A stretch of DNA of 63,768 nt, the filler included, from Saprolegnia diclina VS20 (lineage: Eukaryota): NCBI RefSeq assembly GCF_000281045.1. It is 8 parts of 4 records of this genome, joined end to end, with 100 filler letters (N's around TTAATTAATTAA, not from the genome) between each part and the next. Parts side by side here need not be neighbours in the genome. Positions count along the whole stretch, not along the records: positions 26,111 to 38,810 come from NW_008246207.1; 7 more parts are not named here. One strand, written 5' to 3'. Positions 26,280-36,992 of this stretch are shown one piece after another. The notes beneath the pieces were generated by a model. The model was not told the DNA's origin. It worked only from the letters and a program-made list of their open reading frames with translations, and searched no databases. Positions within the stretch are counted from its first letter, which is position 1, and every line of letters begins with the position of its first letter. A program made the translations under genes and the position numbers.

Positions 26280-27937
26280 ATGGATCCGTCGCTCCAGCGC
26301 ACGTTCCGCGGCCACAAGTCGGGCGTCGCCGCCTTGGCGTACGGCCCGCAGGCGCGGCAGCTGGCCTCTGGCGCCATGGACTGCTCCGTCATGGTCTGGA
26401 ACTTCAAGCCGCAGGTCCGCGCCTTCCGCTTCCTCGGCCACAAGGGCCCAGTCTTTGACGTGCAGTTTGCGCCGTCGGGCGAGCTCCTCGCGTCCGGGTC
26501 CCAAGACCGCACCGTGCGCCTATGGACACCGACGGTCAAAGGCGAATCGCACACGCTGAAAGGCCACGTTGGCGGCGTGCGCAGCGTCGCCTTCTCGTAC
26601 GACTCGACCGAGCTCCTCACGGCGTCGGACGACAAGTCGATCAAGATGTGGTCGCTGCCGACGCGCCGCTTTGTGTGCTCGTGGAACGGCCACAGCAACT
26701 GGGTGCGCTCGGCACGCTTTAGCCCGGACGCGCGCCTTCTCATGTACCCGCGCCACTGGGTTTTACAGCGTCCTAATGCAGCCGAATAGCTCGGGCAGCG
26801 ATGACAAGACAGTCAAGCTCTGGGACAAGGCGACACGCAACTGCATCACGACGTTCTATGACCATAGCGGCATCATTAACGCCGTTCGCTTCCACCCGGA
26901 TGGTACGAGGCTCGGTGCGCGCGCGCCTTGCATACATGGTACGGGTAGGCACGACGGTCGGCGCCTGCAGCTACGACCATAGCATGAACCTCTGGGACAT
27001 TCGATCCCAGAAGCTCATTCAGCACTACCCCGCGCACGAAGGCAACGTGACGAGCTTGGACTTTCACCCGAACGGGTACTACTGTCTCTCGACGTCAGTC
27101 GACGGCACGATCAAGCTCTGGGACATTCGCGAAGGCCATCTTCTCTACACGATGCATGGCCACACGGGCGCGGTGAACGCCGCTGCCTTCTCGCCCGACG
27201 GCAAGTGTACCGCGTCCGGCGGCGTCGACGCGCTCGTCATGGTGTGGGACACGGACTTGGACAAGTGCCTGCATGCGCACGAGCCGCAGTATCCGCAGGC
27301 ACTACCCAAGTCGCACGTCTTGCGTCATGCGCCTCCAGACGTTCCTGCTACGGTCAAGGCGCCTCCTTATTCGCCGCCACGCCACCCGCCCCCATCACCG
27401 CCCCGCGTGACCAAGGCCCGACCGACCCCGACGTATGTACCAGTGCCTGTCTCAATCCAGAACAACGCGCACGATCTCTGCAACCCGTCAGCGATCCGGT
27501 ACGACCCTGTACTCCGCGACAGCAGCAGCTACATCCCCAAGGAGAGCAGCAGCCCATACCACCAGCCCAAGACTCCTACCAGCAACAACCACCGCCACCA
27601 GCATAGCCACCTCTATGATCAGAACGGGGTCGTTTATGAGATGCCGACGGCCAACGAGCGCAAGGACGAGAGTCGACAACTGGCGTCGTCCAAGCTTCCG
27701 ACCGGCGACGCGCGGCTGCCCGAGAACCTCAGCGCGACGTTCGATCACATTGTCGGGCAGCTCGAGATCATTACGCGCACGCTGTCGATCCTGGAAGAGC
27801 GTCTTTGCCACGCTGAAGACCGCATCTCGGACGTGGCACGCGTCCAGACACAAATGCTGCGACAGCAAAACAACGAGCGACTGAGCCCCTCGAAGCGCCT
27901 CGTCCACCCCCACGCGACCGAGTCAAGCCCGCACTAA
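26280..27937 (+). CDS. POC1: POC1 centriolar WD40 protein
   Basis: MDPSLQRTFRGHK start, seven WD40 repeats (GHSNWVRSARFSPD), C-terminal Poc1 motif DHIVGQLEIITRTLSILEERL; two short introns. Confidence 0.92.
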
Positions 27938-28289
27938 CAACCTACACCCCGCATTCTATCCTATCCTGTGTATTGGCGGAGCTACATCGATGTTGTGGGC
28001 GCGATGCTCTTGGCCAGATAGATGCATCGCGCCTTTGGTGGAACTGCAGATGGGACAGCGTCGGCGGCTGTCGAGCAAGAAGCCACCACAGGGTGCGTCA
28101 GCAATGGAAGGAGTATATCGATAAGGTTCAAGTACATATTACCTTGTGTCGGCAGACTCATTCCTGAACCAGTGAGAATTAATATCTAAATTGGAACATG
28201 TACTGGCTTGGTTCACGATTTTTCGGTCGTCTCGATGACCAGAATACCACCAAAATACCATAACGACACCTATTTTGAGGACCACAAAC

Positions 28290-31200
28290 ATGTCGGTGGC
28301 GCCCCCCGAGGTGTGGGCCATCCCGCGGCGGACGACGCTCGGTCCGAGCCCGAGTCTTGGGCCGCCCACGGGCCGTCGCTGGTCGTTTCTAGGCCTCGGC
28401 TATGCACTGGCCACGGTCTCTCTCTCCATCTATGCGCTCCAACTGCTGCAAACGTACTTGGAGAACGATCTCATTTGGCCGCAATTCCGCGCGTTGGCGC
28501 TTCAGCCCGTCCTTGTCGACGCCTTTAATCTGCACTTGACGCTGCTGCCGTCAACCGCCCACTTTGAGCTGCTTGCGTCGGCCCTCGCCGTACCGAGCTC
28601 GGGAGCGCCCGTTTTTGCCACGTACCCTCGACTTGCTCTCTACACCGACTCTCTGCCGCTGACCGACGTCGTCATCGGCCTGCGTCAAGTCGGCGCGGGG
28701 GCGGTGACCCACATGATGGCGCAGTACTGTTACGTTGACTTGCGTCGGCGGTGGGAGCTTGCACACACGGCGCAGCGCCAAGCACGGTGCGCAGAGAAGC
28801 ACGCGACGAACGCCGCCGTGCATCTCGAAGCTGTGCTCCGCAATATCGACATGCCAGCGTGGCTGGGCCTCTACGCTGGTTTCTTCCTGCCGCTCATCGG
28901 CGACGCAGTGAGCCCGGCGTTTGTGCAAGCTCTCGTCAATCATACGTGGGCGCCTGTCGAGGACGAAGCGAGGCTGTGGAGCGCGCATGGTTACGAGGTC
29001 TTCGTGCTGAACTGGGCCAATTTGCGCCAGCTCGGGCTCGTCGAGACGATCCGCGTAGAAAATGAACTGGGTGCTATCACGACGCTGCATATCAAGGCCA
29101 TCGCGCCCGTGGACCGGTACGCGCTCTGGACGTCGCATGCGATGTTTGCTTCGTTCGAGAACGACCTTGGCAACTTCTTGCTCGGCCCTAATATGAGTCT
29201 TGTTCGCAACGCGCCGAATTGGTATGGATATATATTACCCTTTGCAATGGAGATATACAGCCTCCCATACCCCCTCAACACCCTCAACCAAGCGCTTCAT
29301 GACCACCTCGGGTCCCTCGGGTCGGTCGATCTTTGGATGCTTCGCCCCCCGCCGAGTCTCTTAGCCTACGTCGCCGCCTATCAGCACCATCTCCAAAACG
29401 CAAAGCAAGCGTCTTCGGACGTAGCAACAGCCTTGGATGCGTTCGAAACGACGGTCCTGCACCCGACACCGCGCGCGTGGCAGTCAACCGACCTTGTGTT
29501 CCTCGGTGGCAATCCCATGTGCGCCTTTGGGGCCCCCTGCAGCTTTGTACAAGAGTCCTTTGGCTTTGATGACACGTGTGCGACCCAGCGTCCGTGGACG
29601 AGTACGTGGACCAGCACGTCGATCCTCTTTGCCCTTTCCATCGAGAGCAATCATGGGATCGATGTGGCGGCCATCTGTCATTCGTCGGGCTTGGTGCTCG
29701 CAGAAGCCGCCTCGTGTCAGCGCACCTTGTCGGCGGCAATGGCCATATACAACCGCTTACCACCCCTGGCGCAGTTCAATGTCACGGGGATGATGGCGGA
29801 CGTGGAAGGCCTAACCCTCTCGACATTGCAGTTTGTTCAAAATATATCTTCCAGTAGCAGCGCCGTCGACGTGCGTAGCCAGCTGTTGCTGCCGCACGAC
29901 GCGCTTCGCTGGCGTGTCTTTGGCTGGACGAGTCTGTTCGAGTGGGCGCTCGGGCAGCGCGAAGCGGTGGCGTTCGAAGGCGATATGCAGACATTCCACC
30001 TTCTCTCGTACGCCTACGCCCCGATCGATCAATTTGTGAATCCGCTCGACGTCGGTTTGTCCCTTTCCGGGTACCTCTTTAACCTCTGCGCGTACTTGAC
30101 CTTTGGGCTGTGTGTGGCGCTCAGTGCGCTTCTTTTGGCAGCGATGAGTCGTCGGCACCACCTGTTCTTTGCCCATGGCTTTCTCTTTAACCGCGTGGCA
30201 AGTACGACGTGGGTTGGACGCCCGATGCTGCTCGTTCGCGCGCTCGCAGCGATCGTTTGCTTGGCGACAGCGTCTGTCAGCGTTCAGCAACTCTCGACGA
30301 CTGGCGACCGCACGTTTGTTGCGACACCCCGATCGCTTCTCGAGTCTGCCATTCTCTCGGGCGAGACGCTATGGTTGTCGTATGCGCTGGACGAGTGCCT
30401 CTGCCACGCTAGCTCGTCGCTTCGCATGCGCAAGTACGTCCCGTGGACTGCGATGATGGCCTTTTGCGTCTGCTGGTTCCTCGATGTGGTGGCGTCGCCG
30501 CAGCTGGCGGCGTCGTTGGGTCGACAGTGCAAGCCTATAGCCATGGACACGTACCTCATGTGCGACTCTGGCGTCGTCCAAGTCGGGCATCGAACCCGCG
30601 TCTACCTTCTTATCGCCGTTCACGTGGGGTTGGCATTGCTGGGTGTTTTATGGAGTCAATGTCTCGTCCAGCGGCGCACCTCCGGCGAGTCCTCTGTAGT
30701 GCCATCGGTCGTCCTCCACGGCGCAGCAACTACGTACATGGGATCCCCGGACGCCACTGCACGCAGCTTCGACTTGGATCAGCTCAGTGCGATTCTATGC
30801 GGCCTCTTGATTTTTGAAGTCCGCGGCACCTTGTACGTCGGTGACGTGGCGCTCTGGCGCGTCCTGCCAGCAACGATGTACGGTATCCGACGCTTCAACG
30901 ACGTCTACATCTTTCCTGCAACGCGACAGTATGCCCAGACAGCGGTACTTGCCTTTGGCCCGCCGAGTCCTCCGTCAATTGCACTACCTACCTTATCCCG
31001 GCCCTCGGCCGTCGCGATGGCAGGCGCACTCCTACCCAAGACGACGCCGTTGGCGCTCGTGCATCGCGTGGCCCACGCGTCCGTGTCACTCGTCGGCTTG
31101 CTCTACGTCTCGCTCTCACTGTTTGCGAATGCCACGTACATGACAGTCACGTCTCCGCGCGTGCTCGCGAATGACTTTTACTGGGGCAATTTCAACAGCT

Positions 31201-33761
31201 CGGGCGGCCATACGTTTCTCGCCAACCTCTTCAACACGCAGCTGCTTGCAGACANNNNNNNNNNNNNNNNNNNNNNNNNNNNNNNNNNNNNNNNNNNNNN
31301 NNNNNNNNNNNNNNNNNNNNNNNNNNNNNNNNNNNNNNNNNNNNNNNNNNNNNNNNNNNNNNNNNNNNNNNNNNNNNNNNNNNNNNNNNNNNNNNNNNNN
31401 NNNNNNNNNNNNNNNNNNNNNNNNNNNNNNNNNNNNNNNNNNNNNNNNNNNNNNNNNNNNNNNNNNNNNNNNNNNNNNNNNNNNNNNNNNNNNNNNNNNN
31501 NNNNNNNNNNNNNNNNNNNNNNNNNNNNNNNNNNNNNNNNNNNNNNNNNNNNNNNNNNNNNNNNNNNNNNNNNNNNNNNNNNNNNNNNNNNNNNNNNNNN
31601 NNNNNNNNNNNNNNNNNNNNNNNNNNNNNNNNNNNNNNNNNNNNNNNNNNNNNNNNNNNNNNNNNNNNNNNNNNNNNNNNNNNNNNNNNNNNNNNNNNNN
31701 NNNNNNNNNNNNNNNNNNNNNNNNNNNNNNNNNNNNNNNNNNNNNNNNNNNNNNNNNNNNNNNNNNNNNNNNNNNNNNNNNNNNNNNNNNNNNNNNNNNN
31801 NNNNNNNNNNNNNNNNNNNNNNNNNNNNNNNNNNNNNNNNNNNNNNNNNNNNNNNNNNNNNNNNNNNNNNNNNNNNNNNNNNNNNNNNNNNNNNNNNNNN
31901 NNNNNNNNNNNNNNNNNNNNNNNNNNNNNNNNNNNNNNNNNNNNNNNNNNNNNNNNNNNNNNNNNNNNNNNNNNNNNNNNNNNNNNNNNNNNNNNNNNNN
32001 NNNNNNNNNNNNNNNNNNNNNNNNNNNNNNNNNNNNNNNNNNNNNNNNNNNNNNNNNNNNNNNNNNNNNNNNNNNNNNNNNNNNNNNNNNNNNNNNNNNN
32101 NNNNNNNNNNNNNNNNNNNNNNNNNCGTGGACATGGTCTACGTGCCGTGTCCGGCGTCGCTGCTATCGTGGTACCACCGCATGCTCTCGAGTCTGAACCG
32201 ACTCTTGGCGACGGACCACGACGCGCAAGCGGCATTTTTCTCACTGCCCCGAAAACAGTACATTGGCCCATTCCCGTCCGACTTTGCGTCGCCCGGAGTC
32301 GCCTATACCGGCGGCAATCTTCTCTGCGGCGACGACCAAGCCGGTTCACCCATGGTGTTTAGCAGTGTCGATTCGACGCCGATCTTTCGTGCATTTAGCG
32401 CCACGAACGCGTGCTACCGGCTCGTGTTTGAGTTTTTTCAGCCCGATCCCTTTCTCGTGCTCTTTGCTTTATCGGGTTTCCACACTGCGGCCGAACTGTC
32501 GAATCACACGCTTCTCAAGCTCTGTGAATGGGACTACTCGCCCGGCGGCAACTGCAATCTCGTCTACGAAAGCTCTCGACGCTTTCTGCTCGAGTCCAGT
32601 TCTGTCTTTGCCGATGCAGCATCCGTCGCGGCCAAGGTAGCTGCCGATGTTGACGCTCTCGAGGTCCAGTTTGTCCAGTATCTTCGCAATGGCTCGTCGC
32701 ACATGCTATACCATCGTGGTATCTTGGACGCTGCCAAAATTGATATTTCGTGGATCTACTTTGGGTGGTGCTTTTCATATGCGTGGGCGGCCGGCACGCG
32801 AGAAGTGGTTTCGTTTCAAGGTGATGCGCGTCGCGTCACGGCCATCTCGGGGCCCTTGAGCCCGCTCACGATTCAGCCCAACCCGGCGGAAATTCCGCAA
32901 AATTTCTCCTTTGTGCTCATGGCCTGCGTGCAGTACATAACGTGCGTCTTTGTCGTACTCGCAGCGGGGATTGCTGTGCTGACACTCCGCCGTCTCGAGC
33001 ACTGCGAGGGCCGCCACCTCTTTCAGATGAACCGCATGATTGGCCTTGTCTGGATTGGCTGGCCGTTCTTACTGCTCCGGAGCCTCACGGCCATGGTGCT
33101 ACTGCACACGAGCTCGCTGACGCTAACGCAAGTCGGCGGCCTCGCGCGCTTTACGTCCCCCGCGCTGCCGTGGTACAGCTTGGTGCTCGTGTCCGGCGAA
33201 GTCAACTGGCTCGTCTACGTGCTCAACGACCTTTTTAGCATCGCAACCACCGAACTCACGCACGCGTACGCCAACCACAGTGCCGTGCTGACGTGGATCC
33301 TCATGCTGCTCTGGATCTCGGTCGCGCCGTGCCAGCACGCAGCTACGCTGCAGCGAGCTTGCACGTCCATCAATATGGACGACCGCCTCGAGTGCCACAG
33401 CGCAAGCATTCGCGTCGGTCAGTTTTCAAGGCTGCCCACGACGCTTGCGATCGCCCTTGGGAGCCTGGTCGTCACGTATAGCGTCGCGCGGTGGCGCCAC
33501 CGGACGCTGCGGCCGTCGCCCCCCTCGGCGTTTCTCTCGTCGCCGGCCAAGTATATGTTTGTCGTGACCGACTGGTGCGTCGACGGCGTTCTGTATTTGG
33601 ACGCCATGTCAGCGCTGCTCGCCGGTCTTCTTTCGTTCGAGATGATGGAGAATATTGTCATATTGGATGTGAAGAAGTGGCGCCTCCTCGTGGTCGCGCG
33701 GCGACGGCTCGGGAAGGACGCGCCGCCCCACCTCCGGCACGCGATCCCGCTACTCGAGTAG
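28290..33761 (+). CDS. Giant multi-pass membrane protein of unknown function with two-fold internal repeat (oomycete-expanded family); spans an 871-N gap
   Basis: Long open frames on both sides of the gap. Repeated motifs ENDLIWPQF/ANDFYWGNF, REAVAFEGD/REVVSFQGD, FNRVASTTWVGRP/MNRMIGLVWIGWP. Confidence 0.8.
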   Translation: MSVAPPEVWAIPRRTTLGPSPSLGPPTGRRWSFLGLGYALATVSLSIYALQLLQTYLENDLIWPQFRALALQPVLVDAFNLHLTLLPSTAHFELLASALAVPSSGAPVFATYPRLALYTDSLPLTDVVIGLRQVGAGAVTHMMAQYCYVDLRRRWELAHTAQRQARCAEKHATNAAVHLEAVLRNIDMPAWLGLYAGFFLPLIGDAVSPAFVQALVNHTWAPVEDEARLWSAHGYEVFVLNWANLRQLGLVETIRVENELGAITTLHIKAIAPVDRYALWTSHAMFASFENDLGNFLLGPNMSLVRNAPNWYGYILPFAMEIYSLPYPLNTLNQALHDHLGSLGSVDLWMLRPPPSLLAYVAAYQHHLQNAKQASSDVATALDAFETTVLHPTPRAWQSTDLVFLGGNPMCAFGAPCSFVQESFGFDDTCATQRPWTSTWTSTSILFALSIESNHGIDVAAICHSSGLVLAEAASCQRTLSAAMAIYNRLPPLAQFNVTGMMADVEGLTLSTLQFVQNISSSSSAVDVRSQLLLPHDALRWRVFGWTSLFEWALGQREAVAFEGDMQTFHLLSYAYAPIDQFVNPLDVGLSLSGYLFNLCAYLTFGLCVALSALLLAAMSRRHHLFFAHGFLFNRVASTTWVGRPMLLVRALAAIVCLATASVSVQQLSTTGDRTFVATPRSLLESAILSGETLWLSYALDECLCHASSSLRMRKYVPWTAMMAFCVCWFLDVVASPQLAASLGRQCKPIAMDTYLMCDSGVVQVGHRTRVYLLIAVHVGLALLGVLWSQCLVQRRTSGESSVVPSVVLHGAATTYMGSPDATARSFDLDQLSAILCGLLIFEVRGTLYVGDVALWRVLPATMYGIRRFNDVYIFPATRQYAQTAVLAFGPPSPPSIALPTLSRPSAVAMAGALLPKTTPLALVHRVAHASVSLVGLLYVSLSLFANATYMTVTSPRVLANDFYWGNFNSSGGHTFLANLFNTQLLADXXXXXXXXXXXXXXXXXXXXXXXXXXXXXXXXXXXXXXXXXXXXXXXXXXXXXXXXXXXXXXXXXXXXXXXXXXXXXXXXXXXXXXXXXXXXXXXXXXXXXXXXXXXXXXXXXXXXXXXXXXXXXXXXXXXXXXXXXXXXXXXXXXXXXXXXXXXXXXXXXXXXXXXXXXXXXXXXXXXXXXXXXXXXXXXXXXXXXXXXXXXXXXXXXXXXXXXXXXXXXXXXXXXXXXXXXXXXXXXXXXXXXXXXXXXXXXXXXXXXXXXXXXXXXXXXXXXXXXXXXXXXXXXXXXXVDMVYVPCPASLLSWYHRMLSSLNRLLATDHDAQAAFFSLPRKQYIGPFPSDFASPGVAYTGGNLLCGDDQAGSPMVFSSVDSTPIFRAFSATNACYRLVFEFFQPDPFLVLFALSGFHTAAELSNHTLLKLCEWDYSPGGNCNLVYESSRRFLLESSSVFADAASVAAKVAADVDALEVQFVQYLRNGSSHMLYHRGILDAAKIDISWIYFGWCFSYAWAAGTREVVSFQGDARRVTAISGPLSPLTIQPNPAEIPQNFSFVLMACVQYITCVFVVLAAGIAVLTLRRLEHCEGRHLFQMNRMIGLVWIGWPFLLLRSLTAMVLLHTSSLTLTQVGGLARFTSPALPWYSLVLVSGEVNWLVYVLNDLFSIATTELTHAYANHSAVLTWILMLLWISVAPCQHAATLQRACTSINMDDRLECHSASIRVGQFSRLPTTLAIALGSLVVTYSVARWRHRTLRPSPPSAFLSSPAKYMFVVTDWCVDGVLYLDAMSALLAGLLSFEMMENIVILDVKKWRLLVVARRRLGKDAPPHLRHAIPLLE

Positions 33762-34421
33762 TCGTGCGCATTGTGTTGTATATTTCGTAGTATTAGTGTT
33801 TGTGCTATCTGTCGGCGGGGAATTCACTGCCCAGACCTGGCTACATGCAGGCGTAAAACGGTTTGACCCACTTCAACCTCAAGTAGCTGCTGGAAGGGCA
33901 AGGGTTTCTGTTCTGTCCCAACGTCCGCTCATCGAGCGATCGTCAAGCTCGACTGGATTCTCCTTGTCCAGGCCATTACGCCTTGCGACGTCTGCGGACA
34001 GAGTGAACCAGATCTGCAACTTGGACCAAGCAAAGATGTCAACTCCCCGAATGCCAAATGGGTGCGGGTAGATGTGAAAAGGGACGTTATTAACGTTATT
34101 AGCTATGAAATTATGGTACGTCGCGAGGCCGTTGCCATATCGACTCGTTGTTGCTCGGCTCCAAAGGCGCAGCGCTCTGGTTGCTCCATCACCCGCTTGG
34201 CTCCTGGTGTCCAATTCAGATCGGGCAAGTGCAGTGGCGTCTTTCTAGCGTGTCGTCCGCTTGTGGTATCCGGACTGTTACAAACGTTCGTTTTTTCGGT
34301 TGTGCCGAGTGGGCGGCTGGGCACACGCAACTTTTGCCATACAAACTTCAAGTGCAGCGCACCCGCAGCCGCGTGAGCGCGGTTACTCAAATTCAGTGGA
34401 ACGTCGCGAGGACAAGGCAGC

Positions 34422-35291
34422 ATGGCGGAGACGACGACGGCCAAGGTTCCGCGCGACGACGCGTCCGTCTACCAGACAGGTACCGATGGCCCATGGCCCA
34501 TGGCCCGTGGAGGCTCATGCAGCGCTGCGTGTAGATGAGCTCCGAGGTACGCGGACTGTCGACGGGTTGTGGCCGTCCGACGCCATGCTCCGTAGGCTAC
34601 CTCCTCAAGAAGACGCGCAACGGCAAGTGGCAAAAGCGCTGGTTCGAGACCAACGGGTGCTTCCTGACGTACTACAAGGTCCTGCGCGCAATGGTCGCAT
34701 GCTGGCTCATGGCTGCGCGTAGAAGCAAGGCCAGAAGCTCCTCGCGGCCCTCAACCTGCCCCAGGTCGGCGAGATCGCGCTTTTACCCGAGTCCGCCGAA
34801 GGTGTGCACGCATGGCTTTGCATCGGCGCCAACACGTCCTTGCATAGATGGCCCAGGCCTCTTTACGATCGAGCTCAATGACCGGATATATACCATCAAG
34901 GCCAAGGGCCAGGACGACGCTGCGCTCTGGGTCGAGGTACGAAGACGAGACGCGCTATCGCATGGCGTGCGACGCAGAAAGTAGGCGCTTGTGTGGCGCC
35001 AGCAAGGTGGCGTCGTCGCCTCGAGCACGACGGGTACGCATGTTCGCTGCATGACGCCTCCTCATGTCGTCGGTCTAGACGAAGCCATGCTGCTCCAGCA
35101 TGCGGGGTCCAGCGAGGACCTTCAAGACGGCGCCGACTCGCCGCCGCCGGCCGCCAAGCCGTCGCAGTTTCCAAAGGAGAAAAAGGTCGACAACGTATGT
35201 GCCACGACGCTCATGACGTGCTTGGTTGTAGCTCGACGATGTCGACACGGCCAAGTCGCCCGGCTGTGCAAAGTGCTGCGTCGTTCAGTAG
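34422..35291 (+). CDS. Small PH-domain protein ending in CaaX (…KCCVVQ*)
   Basis: Spliced GYLLKKTRNGKWQKRWFETNGCFLTYYK...FTIELNDRIYTIKAKGQDDAALWVE. Last exon 35232-35291 translates LDDVDTAKSPGCAKCCVVQ*. Confidence 0.8.
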
Positions 35292-36048
35292 GCGTGTAGC
35301 TGCAAGTTAGCGTGTAAGACCCTCGTCGAAGCGCACGATTGTTCGGACATCATCGTACTGTCTTCACCGACTGCAGGCAACATAAACGTCGGTGGCGAAC
35401 GTGGTAGCGCTCGTTGCATGCACCAGCCATCTACCAGCTACGATGATGCTTCTTTTGTCCCACAACTTGGCGACGGATATTGCATATTGCNNNNNNNNNN
35501 NNNNNNNNNNNNNNNNNNNNNNNNNNNNNNNNNNNNNNNNNNNNNNNNNNNNNNNNNNNNNNNNNNNNNNNNNNNNNNNNNNNNNNNNNNNNNNNNNNNN
35601 NNNNNNNNNNNNNNNNNNNNNNNNNNNNNNNNNNNNNNNNNNNNNNNNNNNNNNNNNNNNNNNNNNNNNNNNNNNNNNNNNNNNNNNNNNNNNNNNNNNN
35701 NNNNNNNNNNNNNNNNNNNNNNNNNNNNNNNNNNNNNNNNNNNNNNNNNNNNNNNNNNNNNNNNNNNNNNNNNNNNNNNNNNNNNNNNNNNNNNNNNNNN
35801 NNNNNNNNNNNNNNNNNNNNNNNNNNNNNNNNNNNNNNNNNNNNNNNNNNNNNNNNNNNNNNNNNNNNNNNNNNNNNNNNNNNNNNNNNNNNNNNNNNNN
35901 NNNNNNNNNNNNNNNNNNNNNNNNNNNNNNNNNNNNNNNNNNNNNNNNNNNNNNNNNNNNNNNNNNNNNNNNNNNNNNNNNNNNNNNNNNNNNNNNNNNN
36001 NNNNNNNNNNNNNNNNNNNNNNNNNNNNNNNNNNNNNNNNNNNNNNNN

Positions 36049-36584
36049 CCAGCGCCCAGAAAGCGCTGGAGCTTGGCAGCGGACGGCGCTTCGACGTGGA
36101 GTCCCGGGCGACGTTGGGAGGTGTCGGCCTCGACGATGCCTTCGTGGATTGTAAGATACCCGACCTTTCCGTTCTCGTCGTGGTAGCGGCAGCGCTCGAG
36201 CAGCGGCAAGTAGCGCTGACACGCGGGCGGCAACGTAGCCCGTGCTTGGCCAATGATGAAGGGCATCATGTTGACCTGGAAGGGCTTGGGCTGCGTCTCG
36301 CCATCGACAATGTGCGTAAGCGGCGGTGGAAAGTCGACAAATCGGGGCGTGTGCGGGATCGGCGTGTCGTGCGGCGTGTCAAAGGGCAGAAAGACATTGC
36401 CAAGTGGGACGTAGCCGCGCTGGTCGGTCTTGAGTTGCGCCCGCCAGATCGCCCGGAGATGATCGACGATGGCCTTAAGAACATCGGTTTGGCCTCGCAG
36501 CCCACGCAGCGAGCTTCCGTCGTCCAGCGTCCCGAGCAGGAGAAGGCGGACGACCGAGTTGTGCCACAATGGCGCCGGCGTCAT
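36049..36584 (-). CDS. Uncharacterised 'MTPAPLWHNS' family protein, copy 1 (3' part in gap)
   Basis: Close paralogue of 53682-54691; has VNMMPF and GYLTIHE...QRRPGLHVE. Confidence 0.75.
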
Positions 36585-36992
36585 TTCGACAATTCAGAAA
36601 TGAGTTCGATGCGGGCAGATCGCAACCCCGTGCGCTGTGATTGGTGGAAAATAAGCCAATCGGACGCTCACTGAGTGGATTTTCTTCTGGCTTTTCTGCT
36701 CTATTCGGGTAAGACCTGGCACAGAAGCCAATGAAACACCTCGTGCGATCCAACGACACGGGCAATGAGGACGATTTGCGGTCCAACCCTTGAACGACCC
36801 TGTTGAGGACGACATGGTGCTTTTTCTATCGTGCAGCAACAGGCTTATGACGCTAGGAACGCGCCTCGACATCGCGATGGTCTCTTCTGTCCGGTGCGTT
36901 GGCATGTACAGTTTGTGCTCCTTATTGTTGTCAGCTTTTATACAAATTGGTGGCAACGAACGCACTCAACCAAGCGTTTTACACTAATGACA

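Noticed and set aside
19516..27937. NEK + POC1 as a ciliary gene cluster
   Set aside because: Only two genes, separated by unrelated genes and an artificial linker.
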